Shown here piece after piece: positions 40,804 to 52,400 of a stretch of DNA of 64,000 nucleotides. Position 1 is the stretch's first letter. Every line of letters starts with the position of its first letter. Below the pieces are notes generated by a model. That model was given only the letters and a program-made list of their open reading frames with translations. It had not been told where the DNA came from and ran no database searches. Origin of the DNA: Lingula anatina (lineage: Eukaryota > Animalia > Brachiopoda); contig CM120646.1 in the NCBI GenBank assembly GCA_051362555.1, positions 23,622,001 to 23,686,000 of the forward strand. The letters are read 5' to 3'. Made by a program: the position numbers and the translations under genes.

Positions 40804-43800
40804 TTGCTACCTCAGGGGTGACAGGCATAAAAGAGTATTTAGTTTTAAAGTGTTCAAAACTGCCTGGACATCACAGAGTATAGATCTTTTACAAGATCTC
40901 CAGTAAACAAAAGCAGTTGACACCTTGACATCTAGCTGCAAAAGGCCCTTTGGTTTAGTTCTCTGTTTGAAGACCAGCAATACCAAGAGCTATCCTGAGT
41001 AACATATGATCCTTTGGCATAAACAGGTGTTATTACTGTACCTGTTATTATGAAAACTCTTGTTATTGAATGAAGAAAGATAATGAACACCTGAAGTTCA
41101 ATGCCCAGAATATCCAGATCCTTAGGAGTGCCTGTTTATTCTTCTGCGTCATAAAACCAGTGATATAAAATGTTATCCTCCTGAGCTATATGGTTCTCTT
41201 CAGCTTATATGGATGTTAATGTGAAAACCAGTTGTCTTTGATTTATGTTGTTATTCTTAATGATTAGTACCAACTTATTTTTTAGATCTCTGGGTTTGAT
41301 TCTGTTGACGATGAGTCAAAGCCCGAGTTGTTCAAGTTTGACAAGAGTACACCATACCCAGAGAACTGGCATATGGCTGACAACCCACCTTACGCCTACT
41401 ATCTCTACTATATGTATGCTAACATTGTGGTGCTTAATCACTTCAGAAGGTAAATGTCTTAGTTCTTTCTGTCACTAGTATAAGATTGTCTTGAATGATA
41501 GTGGTCTAAATGGATGTCCTGCAGATAGGGCTGTTTTCTGTTTTTCCTTCTTTTCTTATTTCTACCATCTTTTTCACACTAACGTTAAAACATGATATGT
41601 TTTATATCTGTTTTCAAAATAGTGTTGTTTTCATAGATGTCTTGGTTGAAATCACTTGTTTGACATATTCAATTTGGTATTTTTAGGGAACGTGGTTTCA
41701 ACACTTTCACACTGCGCCCTCACTCTGGGGAAGCAGGTCATGTGACTCATCTAGTCACGGCTTTCATGGTCGCTGAAAATATTTCCCATGGACTGCTGCT
41801 CAGAAAGGTGAAATGTTGTCAATTTGAGATGAAAAATTTATTGTTTTGAAATTTCATATTGTAATTCCATAATATATTTTTGCGTGTTAGTTATTCCCAA
41901 GAACTGTTCATAAGTTCAAAACATCTTCAATAATTCACCTAACATCTTGATATTGAATTTTAAAATGAATATCTTATATGTGCACAGCACTGCTATTTTT
42001 GATAAATTAATAAATTGAGTGATTTCCTATCTCTAGGTCCCAGTGCTGCAGTATTTATACTACCTGGCTCAGGTAGGAATTGCTATGTCTCCACTCAGTA
42101 ACAACTCACTGTTCCTGAACTACCACCGTAACCCACTGCCAGAGTACCATGCCAGGGGCCTCAAGGTGTCCCTCAGCACTGATGACCCACTGCAGTTTCA
42201 CTATACCAAGGTAGGTCAAGGTCATGCTGTCATTATGGCAGTTTCACTTTACAAAAGTGGGTCAAGGTCATGGTGTCAGGGAAGTTCCACTATATGAAGG
42301 TAGGTCAAGGTCATGGTGTCATTATGGCAGTTTCACTTTACAAAGGTATCTTTGACTGCAGTTACTTTTGAATCAGAAGCCTTATATGTTATTTATTGAT
42401 CTTATTGTTCATTGCATGATATTAGACATACAAAGTTTCAGTGAATTTTTTAAAGATGAAATAATCACTGCTGTATGAATCCAAGGTTAATGACATTTTC
42501 TGTTTATGTAAACTTTAACAGTTCTATTTGGAAGCTTTTACTGCACCGTGATTAGTTGATGTAGGTTTGCAACACAGGAGAAGAGATGTGGTGAGGTGAA
42601 CAGGATTATGACTCCCTTTCTTAGTTGACTTATCTTATATTGTGTAGGAGCCGTTGATGGAGGAGTACAGCATTGCAGCCCAGGTCTGGAAGCTGAGCCC
42701 ATGTGATATGTGTGAACTGGCCAAGAACAGTATAGTGATGAGTGGGTTTACACACAAGGTGAGCTGTTAGGAATATTGGATAGATACAGTATAGTAATGA
42801 GTGGATTTACACACAAGGTGAGCTGTTAAGTATATTGGGTAGATACAGTATAGTAATGAGTGGATTTACACACAAGGTGAGCTGTTAAGTATATTGGATA
42901 GATACAGTATAGTGATGAGTGGATTTACACACAAGGTGAGCTGTTAGGTATATTGGATAGATACAGTATAGTGATGAGTGGATTTAAACACAAGGTGAGC
43001 TGTTAGGTATATTGGATAGATACAGTATAGTGATGAGTGGATTTACACACAAGGTGAGCTGTTAGGTATATTGGATAGATACAGTATAGTGATGAGTGGA
43101 TTTACACACAAGGTGAGCTGTTAGGTATATTGGATAGATACAGTATAGTGATGAGTGGATTTACACACAAGGTGAGCTGTTAGGTATATTGGATAGATAC
43201 AGTATAGTGATGAGTGGATTTACACACAAGGTGAGCTGTTAGGTATATTGGATAGATACAGTATAGTGATGAGTGGATTTACACACAAGGTGAGCTGTTA
43301 GGTATATTGGATAGATACAGTATAGTGATGAGTGGGTTTACACACAAGGTGAGCTGTTAGGTATATTGGATAGATACAGTATAGTGATGAGTGGGTTTAC
43401 ACACAAGGTGAGCTGTTAGGTATATTGGATAGATACAGTATAGTGATGAGTGGATTTACACACAAGGTGAGCTGTTAGGTATATTGGATAGATACAGTAT
43501 AGTGATGAGTGGATTTACACACAAGGTGAGCTGTTAGGTATATTGGATAGATACAGTATAGTGATGAGTGGATTTACACACAAGGTGAGCTGTTAGGTAT
43601 ATTGGATAGATACAGTATAGTGATGAGTGGATTTACACACAAGGTGAGCTGTTAGGTATATTGGGTAGTGCACAGTGGGTAGACAATTTATCTAAAGTTG
43701 CAGCTATATATTTATACAAGTACCAAGATAACAATATGTTTTTGCATTCAGAAGCTGTCACCATACCTCAAGCCCCTCTATATTTCAGGTAAAACAGCAC

Positions 43801-43962
43801 TGGCTTGGCCCAAACTACAACAAGGAAGGTGTCGCTAGTAACGACATTACCAAGACAAACCTGCCTGATGTCCGAGTGGCATTTAGATACGAGACCTTGG
43901 TGGAAGAGTTGGACACTATTTGCAGTGCCGCCAGCAGAGAGACGGACCAGTGTGAACAGTAG
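28106..43962 (+). CDS. AMPD2: AMP deaminase (AMPD2-like); the true first coding exon is unresolved, first in-frame ATG at 28174
   Basis: Exons 28106-28331, (29664-29699), 32730-32868, 33232-33327, 33535-33727, 35531-35747, 36069-36198, 36581-36715, 38270-38332 or 38606-38668, 39617-39748, 40137-40301, 40623-40749, 41286-41449, 41687-41807, 42037-42210, 42648-42758, 43789-43962. Motifs: [91 protein letters not shown]. Confidence 0.96.
38879..39095. mobile_element. MITE, same family as 62566-62750
   Basis: Imperfect TIRs AGACTGGGCTCCCACAG / CTGTGCGAATGCAGTCT. The internal CAGACATTTAAGCTGGCTAAGCTGA is shared with the copy near 62650. Confidence 0.6.
42728..43667. repeat. 59-bp minisatellite x16 containing the end of the penultimate AMPD exon and its 5' splice site
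   Basis: Unit CAGTATAGTGATGAGTGGATTTACACACAAG|GTGAGCTGTTAGGTATATTGGATAGATA at 42728+59n up to 43613. The copies are near-identical and the first is the coding one ([10 protein letters not shown]). Confidence 0.97.
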
Positions 43963-44580
43963 GAAGCTAGTGACATCTGGTGGTCAAGTTCAACACTGGT
44001 AGTGGCACCTGGTGGGGTTTTTGCAGTGCTGACCTCTGTTGGAACATTTTGACAGAGATTAGGGTTAATTCTCGGAACCAGGAGGTTATAGACCCATCGG
44101 AAAGATGCTGTAGCAGTGACAGATTTACTGATAAGAAACTGGTGTGAGCAATAATAAAGACATGTTTATGATCTAAGCCATATTAGAGAGAAAAATGAAA
44201 ATAAATAATTGCAATCGTTTACATTTTGTTTGGCAACAGATCTAAGTTACCTGATACATAGAGGAGCAGTAGATATTGAGAAGTGTTGACTTGAACATAC
44301 TCAGTATTAAAACAGGGTTCTAGCATAATTAGTTGTAGATTGCTCAACGAAATGAGATACCATTTGATACCTATAAATTGCACTACTGTACCTATGGTAG
44401 CTATCATTTTTTCTTTCTATGACCGCACTCAGAACAGTTGACTAGTAACTAGTCCAAGGGTCATTATGCTCTATCCACTTGAATACTTCCCCACGGGGAA
44501 TCTATTCAGTGTCTTTTAGCGGATTAGATGGCAAGCTTTTTAGTTGGTTACTATATTTGACCTGTGGCCTATCTAAGTAA

Positions 44581-44841
44581 GGCTTCATTCACATGCAATG
44601 TCTATTTTCTAAATTCTATTTTCTGTTCGCGGTATGTCTTATGATCACGGTCTGTGCCCTGAATATCCCGCGGCGTAATTAATTACTGGCAGCGCGAGCC
44701 AGTTACTATAAGTTACTATAAGTAACTGGCTCGCGCTGCCAGTAATTACGCAGCAGGATATTCAGGGCACAGACCGTGATCATAAGATAGCGCGAATAGA
44801 AAATAGAATTTAGAAAATAGACATTGCATGTGAACGAAGCC
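44581..44841. mobile_element. Almost fully palindromic PIF/Harbinger-type MITE downstream of the AMPD stop codon
   Basis: Ends GGCTTCATTCACATGCAATG / CATTGCATGTGAACGAAGCC, with TAA on both flanks (TSD). The arms are complementary over ~125 bp up to the centre. Confidence 0.85.
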
Positions 44842-46729
44842 TAAGTCTACTGGTCTGAATGTGGCCTATGTAGCAGTAGTGTAATGTAGATGTGCAGTGG
44901 TAATAGACACAAAGTAAAAGCACAATTGTAAAATATGCATTTGATGTTTCTAAAAGCAGTCAGGTACATTTACCCTGCTCCGCATTTACCTTGTGATACA
45001 GAAAAGCACAATTTTGGTATAGATTTGTTAAAGATAAAAGATTTGCAAGGCTAATAGAAGTGCTGATAGACTGAGATCTAAAGTCTCCAGTATAAATAAT
45101 TTTCATTAATTTTCCCAGTTTTGATACATGTGCAATACATATGAAACAATGTTTGTGCTCTTTTAAGCAAACTGGTTAGACCTATGATCATTCTTGTGAA
45201 TTATATATACTAATACTAGTGACAGAAGTATGATGAAGGGATCATACCCCTTTAATAATTTTCATTATTCATCTTTTGCTTTGCATTTAGTTGAAAAATT
45301 GCTGCTTGTCATAATATAGAATATCTTCTGTTCTTCTTAATCGTACATATAAATTAATAAACAACATTATTCTGGATGTGGTGATGACAGTTGCCCTGAA
45401 TGTTGCAGCCTAAAGCTAACAAGCACAGAGTTGTAGGGGAAAGTCTTGAAATTAACCTGAGCCTAAGAGCCAAGGAACAATTTGTATAAAACAAGGAATC
45501 TAATCTCAAAATGCACTTATTTTTGACATAGGAAGCTGCTTTATACCCTGAGGATGGCAGAGACTATCCTCTATAACCAAAATATACAAAAATATAGTTC
45601 TCCACTCTGAAACACGGGGTACTGTGTACAGACTTCTAAAGAGATCAAAGAAAAACTTCGGTGAAATATTTACAGAACAACAATGTATTAGTACTGGTGT
45701 CTGGTGATAAAGACTTATTATTATTCTGGCTTTATGTGAAAAGTGAATTCATGATCTATGATTCTTATTATTCAAAGATGCTTTATCCATTGATCTTTTA
45801 ACTTAGTGTTGTATTGGATACCTTGTAAGCATTATCAGTATTGAACTATTTCTACATTAACATACCCATATTGAATAGGCTATATGCCAAATATAACATG
45901 CTTGGTAACAAAAAAGCTACAACATCAAAATATATATGAAATCTAAGTATTCAGCTTGGTGTTATTTATTGTTAATGCAAAGTGTAAACATTTTACAGAT
46001 GATGTAATTTGTAATTAGGCATATGTTATCTGTTTTTTATTTACAGTTTGCAGAATTTATTGAAGAGATTTGATCTCAACATGAAATGTAATCTTGCACT
46101 TAAATTTGGTCTGCACATAGTGTGACAGAGATAGAAATGAGGTCAGTCTGAAATCAACATGGATGAAAAGCAGGGGTTATTTTCTTGGATGACCTATTTC
46201 TGGACTAAGTTTTAGATGATTATAAGTCAAATCATATTGTGTGCAATTTTACTCCTATGTTTCAGTTATTATTAATGAAGTATTTAATTTATTTCAGCTG
46301 TATTCAATGTGCCACTATATTGCAGCTTTATAATTGATTTTTATTGCATAATTGCATCATGTTACTTTATCATCATTGGTTTAAGTGTTGTTTTAAAATA
46401 TTATATACCTTGATAAATCTCTTTACATACATATGTATTTAACCTTAAAGTTAATTGATATCTGTAAAACATTTATAGTATCTATAATTATATTTATACA
46501 TATTGTTGCTTATTTTTCTTTTCCCAAATTTTGTTATCAGAACATATACATTATGTTGATTGCTTGAATGCTTGTCTTGCAAAATCCCATGCTACTAATC
46601 AGCTGTTTAAGGCCCCATGTGCAATGATTGCTGTGACCTGTTCTCAGAAAAAAACCCAAGTCCAGAGATACTGGTGAAGTTTACCTTAGCTTTTATTTAT
46701 TTATTACCAGTATAAGTGTCATCAGTTAG

Positions 46730-47177
46730 GGGTGTCACTGAAATGCGCAATACATTGCAATACAGCACAACACAGTGCAATACACTTGATAAGACAAGTC
46801 CAGTTGCAAGTTAACACAGGAAAAGGTAATCTCAAATAAAATAAGGTGATATAAAAGCAAAATATAGTACATAGTAATTAATATTGCTGATACAACTTCA
46901 CAATTTTTTCATTGTTTGGTCAGCCGCCATGTTGGCGAGTAGCTCTTCTTGGCCAGTAATATATCCAAGAAGAGCCACTTGCCAACGTGGCTGCCAACCG
47001 GACAATATAAAAGTCTTGCTGATTTGTTAAGTTATATCAACAATATTACTTACCTAGTAATATAGGTTGTTTTTATATCACCCTACATTGCTGGGGATGG
47101 TCATTTCTTTAGTGTAATTGCAACTGGATTTGATTTTTGAAGTGTGTTGCGCTGTACTGCGCATTTCAGTCACACCG
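46730..47177. mobile_element. Mutator-like (MULE) foldback non-autonomous element
   Basis: 9-bp direct repeat ATCAGTTAG at 46721-46729 and 47178-47186. Termini GGTGTCACTGAAATGCGCA / TGCGCATTTCAGTCACACC. Degenerate inverted symmetry runs to the centre (CTCTTCTTGG..CCAAGAAGAG). Confidence 0.8.
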
Positions 47178-49492
47178 ATCAGTTAGTCATGATCCAAAAG
47201 GTATTATTTTCGAGCCCTACAGGCGATTTCTGCTTATTTTGTGATGATTATATTCATTTGCTTTTACCACCATATATCCCGGTTAGAAGTTGTCAGGGTT
47301 AGTGGAATTGACGTGTATATCTATTACGTAGAGCCGCAATATTATTGCAAATTTAGAAAATATAAAATAAGACATCACAGTATTTATTATCTTATATATA
47401 TTTTTTTTCATATTTGGTTTATTTATTTTTGTTGTTGTTGCCCATATCTTTGTCCCATATTATGTTGTACTGTAGTAAATAGCCTCTGCAGTTATGTTCA
47501 AGCTTTGAGAGGAAAATGAAAGCAAGATTAATTTTAAATTAGGATTAGTTGCACTCTGTTCCCACTGATAGCATTTGATGAATAACAAACAACTAACGAA
47601 CTTTTCCATTCTCCAAATTAATACTTTCTAATTATTCTACAGAAAACAATTACAGCTTACGATCCCACTGGTGATAATTATTGACATTCTTACTGGAAGT
47701 AAATTATTCAAGTACTTTTGTCATAGTATCCACTTTTAATTATAGCTTTATATAGCTATAGTAATCATTATGACCACATTAAGATCAGTACCTCATACTA
47801 TGTGAAGTTTTCCAATATTTCTGAGAAAAAGTTACCAGACGAAACATACTCAGTGCAGTGATTTAAAGTAAGTTTCACCTACATGATTGTTTACTGATAT
47901 TTTATTGAAATAAAAGTTCATTGAAAATTTTTATTTGTTATGCTTGTTTGGAAAAGGACTATTAGTTTTGATGTGAAAGCAAAACAATTGGTCAACTAGA
48001 AAATAAAACCAGACAGCATTTCAGAAGAGTAATTTTTATACAGGCCTTGCCTTCAAAAGGACTTTATCATGGTAAAGACAACTGAAACATATCTTGCCTC
48101 ATTCTCTGGCTATTTTTCATTCACCATGGCAGACAGAAGGGGTGAAGAAATGTCAAACTTTTTAAAGTAAATGGAAAGTTTTCAAATGCCTATTACTTGC
48201 ATTCAAGACATTTCGTCAACAGTGCCCCCAATATGAAAGGACATCAGTTTCCAAAATATTATCACTTTCCCTCAGAAGCCCTGCAATAGATCCGAGTAAC
48301 AAAATTGCAAGGTTGTCAGAAGCATTGCCGAAAAAAATTTCTGAAAAGTACTACAAAAATCAGACAGTTTACAGTACATGCATTTTAATTGCACTGATTT
48401 GTTAACAATAGCCTTTACTTTGTCAGTTTCTCAGGGCATACCAACCCTTAACCCCAGAATATATGGAATATACAAATACATCTTATATACAAGTTTGAAT
48501 GCATAAAGAAAAGATGCAGCAAAAAAACTAAACCAAGTTCCACCATTTTGCCAGCTTCTTTTCCGTACCACATCAAGGTCTCTTGTCCATCATTTATCAA
48601 TGTCTGCACTATAATTTGACACCAAACCAAGTTTTTTTTTCTTAACCAGTAAAATCCAGTATGATTTTCATTGTGTTTCCAATACTCCACGTCTTAAAAT
48701 TTCTTGACTTTTAAATGAATGCAAAAACAAAGAAGATAAATATAAATAATTTTAGTGCAAGGCAATCAGGTCCTTTTGTAATATGTATGTTACAACTCTT
48801 TACCCAAGGCGAGGATTCTTCCTGTGATCAAATGTAACATGCCCCACATTACTTTTACTTTCAAAATCCTCAGTTTTCCTGCACTTCATGGCCACAGTAA
48901 TTCCATTATTCCACCTGGCAATACACATACATCTTTTCTTCACAGAATGTCAGCACAGAAGTCCAGGCACCTGCTCATTACACTGACATATTGGTAATTC
49001 TAAACTCTAAAGATCCATACTCTCCCAGACTCTAGCCCTTTCAACTTCATTGTCACTATATATATTTTTTTAATCTGGTTTCAATTGTCACTCCCCCCCT
49101 CCCTTCACTATGGAAACAAAACCCTGTAGTTGTAATCTTAATGATGAAGTGATTTCTAGTGACAGCCAGTTGTGATGAATGATACTTGAAGATGTGAACA
49201 TTAAATAATTCAGCATGTGTTGGCCATTCTTGACATCTTTCCACATGTTTACATTATCTAACTCCAACATAGTATGACTGCTATGAAAACAAGATGGAAT
49301 AGCTGCTGCTGCTGCATAAAACTTCACAAATTTTGTCCCTTCCTTATTTTTTTCCTCATAATCCAAGGTCGTGTATTCTAGAGTTGCCTTTTCCTCTCAG
49401 CACGGCAGTGTTAATTCAATTATTCCAACACTATTAACTAAAGTTTGTTCTAGATTTAATCCGTTTGGCAGGAGGCATACTGAATGCATCTG

Positions 49493-52400
49493 TTATACTA
49501 TTTCATAATTGTCCACAAAGAAGAGAACTTGTGAGGAGAATTTGACGGGCGTACCATCGTCCACCATTTGAACATCAATTAACTGAAATATTAAAAAAAT
49601 TCCATTTAAAAGTTACACAAACCAAACAGTTATACCACATCCCTGTCACAATTTTATGAACAGTCTTCAACAATTTTTCAAGCAAATACGCAGCATAATT
49701 TCTTTCTTTAATTTACATCTATAATCTACTATTTAAACTTCTTATAAACCTTTAAAATTATCATCAAAGATCCATGACAAGATGAACTCTTCAACATCTG
49801 TCACACAACAATGTTAAAAAAAGCCCACCCAAACACATACCTCTATATCACAAAAAGATTTCTTGGAAACAAATGAGACGTGGACTGGAAAGAAGTCATC
49901 AGGATGACCTCCTATGCTGAACTCCATACTGCCTGTCTTGTTACCAGAGTCTATGACAGGAATGGACCACTCTAGTTGAGTCTTTGCCCGGTCAAAATTG
50001 TACTCTCCGTCACAATCACTGACCACTGGAGACTGACCATGGCTGAGGAGAGGAAATGACCAGTTAACATCACATATATATATACAATATATCTTATTAT
50101 GATAGAATTGTATCACAATCACTGACCACTGGAGACTGACCATGGCTGTGGAGAGGATATGACCAGTTAACATCCCATATATATACAATATATCTATAAT
50201 ATTATACAATACAACTGTATTGTATAATATTATAGATATTATACAATACAATACAACTGTATCTTAATATCATGAAATTGTAATTTTCTCACTGCTTCAA
50301 TTCTACCTTGGGTTCAGGGCTTTATTCAACATCATTCCAGCATGGTGCTTTATCTTTTGTGCAATTTATTGTACTTACCACTACTTATGGTAGTGGTATG
50401 GTAATTACTACATCATTTAGTTCCATATCTTCTTGTTATACTTACGGTAGTGGTATGGTAATAACTACATCATTTAGTTCCATATCTTCTTGCTCCAGTG
50501 TATATTCTATGTTCACATCACACCCACTACTGGTCTCTGATGGCCAACAATTTACTGGAAAGATTGACAATGCATCATTTATTAAGTATTACTTCATCCT
50601 CATTTACTAGTCTTCTCTTATCTGTCCTTTATATTTGTTTAATAAAAACCCATCAGTTTCTTAGATGAATGGGCCACATTCGCATAAAATTAATCCTGTT
50701 GTTTTATCTGACCTGTCCAATAAACTGGACATTTTTCATCACAAAAATCTAGATGTGGACAGCCTCAGATTCTAATCACTAGCATTGTTCATAATGTATA
50801 AACGTCCTCGCACACTTTCCTCTAAACAAGAAAATGGATGTAAAATATTGTTTTCAGCAACTTGAGCATTCAATAAACAGCCAGCAGTTTTGAACCAAGG
50901 CTGTAGTTCTCTTAACACAGGTGACTTACTAGATAGAGGCATACAGCTCTCATCTTGTGTCTGGAACCTCCATTTAAGAACACCCACATCCGTCTTCATA
51001 GGGAATGACTTATCTGGGTTCTTGAGGGCTATGCAAGACTCTGAGGCAAACCGCTTTTTATCCACATTAGGATGAGTCTGGAGAAAATACAGTGAGGAAA
51101 ACAGTGAAACATGCTGGCATTAATGAGAACCAACTTCTTTATGCTGCTAAAAGAGAAATTTCTGACAAAAACTGTGCTGAATTAATTTGCAATCAAATTA
51201 AAAGCATAATGTTGTATATTTTCTCTGAAACTGTGCGCTGCATTGTTTTGTTGTTGTTGTTGTTGTTGAATTAAGATGCTCAGTTTATCATGCAAAAATT
51301 TTAGACGCTGCAATAATTGGTTTTAGGCCTTTCATCTTCACCTAACCTTAACCTTAAACATATAGCAATCTTTTCTAAACTGAGCAATGCAGAACAAATC
51401 TTTCACTATACAAGCACCCCATACCTGTACTTGAATCCCTCTTTGGTCTCTATTATTGACTGCTATCTTAATTCTCCCGTATTTCTCGTCTGTGACGCGC
51501 AGTGTGACCAGACCGTGGACCTCCATGTTCTGTAGACCTCCGTCTCGCCCAGCTGTCAAATTGATCTTCTCTTCCACGTTGATGTTTACACTGCAAATAA
51601 CGCACCAGTCTTAATACTTGTGCATATTGTCTACATATATATTAAAACACAAAAATAAAATTAATCATATGGAGTTTAAATGTTTAACTCACAAAATATT
51701 AGCTTCCATTTAATGCCACATAATACTAAGCTGTCTTCAGTGCAATTTGACCACTGAGGATGTTGTGCGCAAATGTAGACAGCCACATATATATTCAAGT
51801 GTCTAAGAAACCCTCCACTTTAATATACTCTTATCTACACAAAAGTCCACCCTTGTTAAGCCTTATCAATCTGTCCAACTTAATGTACTGTATGCCCAAT
51901 CTTATTTGTGTGCAACTCCTCTCCCCACCCCCATGTCCAGTCTTCTGTCCAACCCCAATGTCCCTTCCCCTCCCATCCCCACCTGTCCCCAATGTCCCTG
52001 CCCCTCCCATCCCCACCTGTCCCCAATGTCCAGTCTTACCTCTCCTGGTTGACCTCTGGCACTGCTGCCCTGGACACTGCTGAGGGTTTACCTGAACTAG
52101 TGCTCACCACATCTAAAAGGTAAACGTATTAAACATTAGGAAATGTTTTCATAATAATTCCCACTGGCACTGCCCAGGAACATCTGGGCAGGAAACATCC
52201 CTGCAGTTATGTCATACTTGTGTAGTATATTAGTTTATGAATTGCTTACGCATCACACCAGGAGTCGCAATCTTGAACGTAATAAAGTAGAACTCACAAC
52301 ACTTGATTACTGCAAAATAAATCAAAATATTGCCCTATCTATCATCACACTGATGATTTCTTTCACCCTCATCTTCTGAAACTCGATTATTTCAAAACTG

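Noticed and set aside
42728-43667. 59-bp array (and the 46-bp array at 4269-4636) as a CRISPR array
   Set aside because: No unique spacers and no cas genes; eukaryotic intron context. The units are plain head-to-tail repeats.
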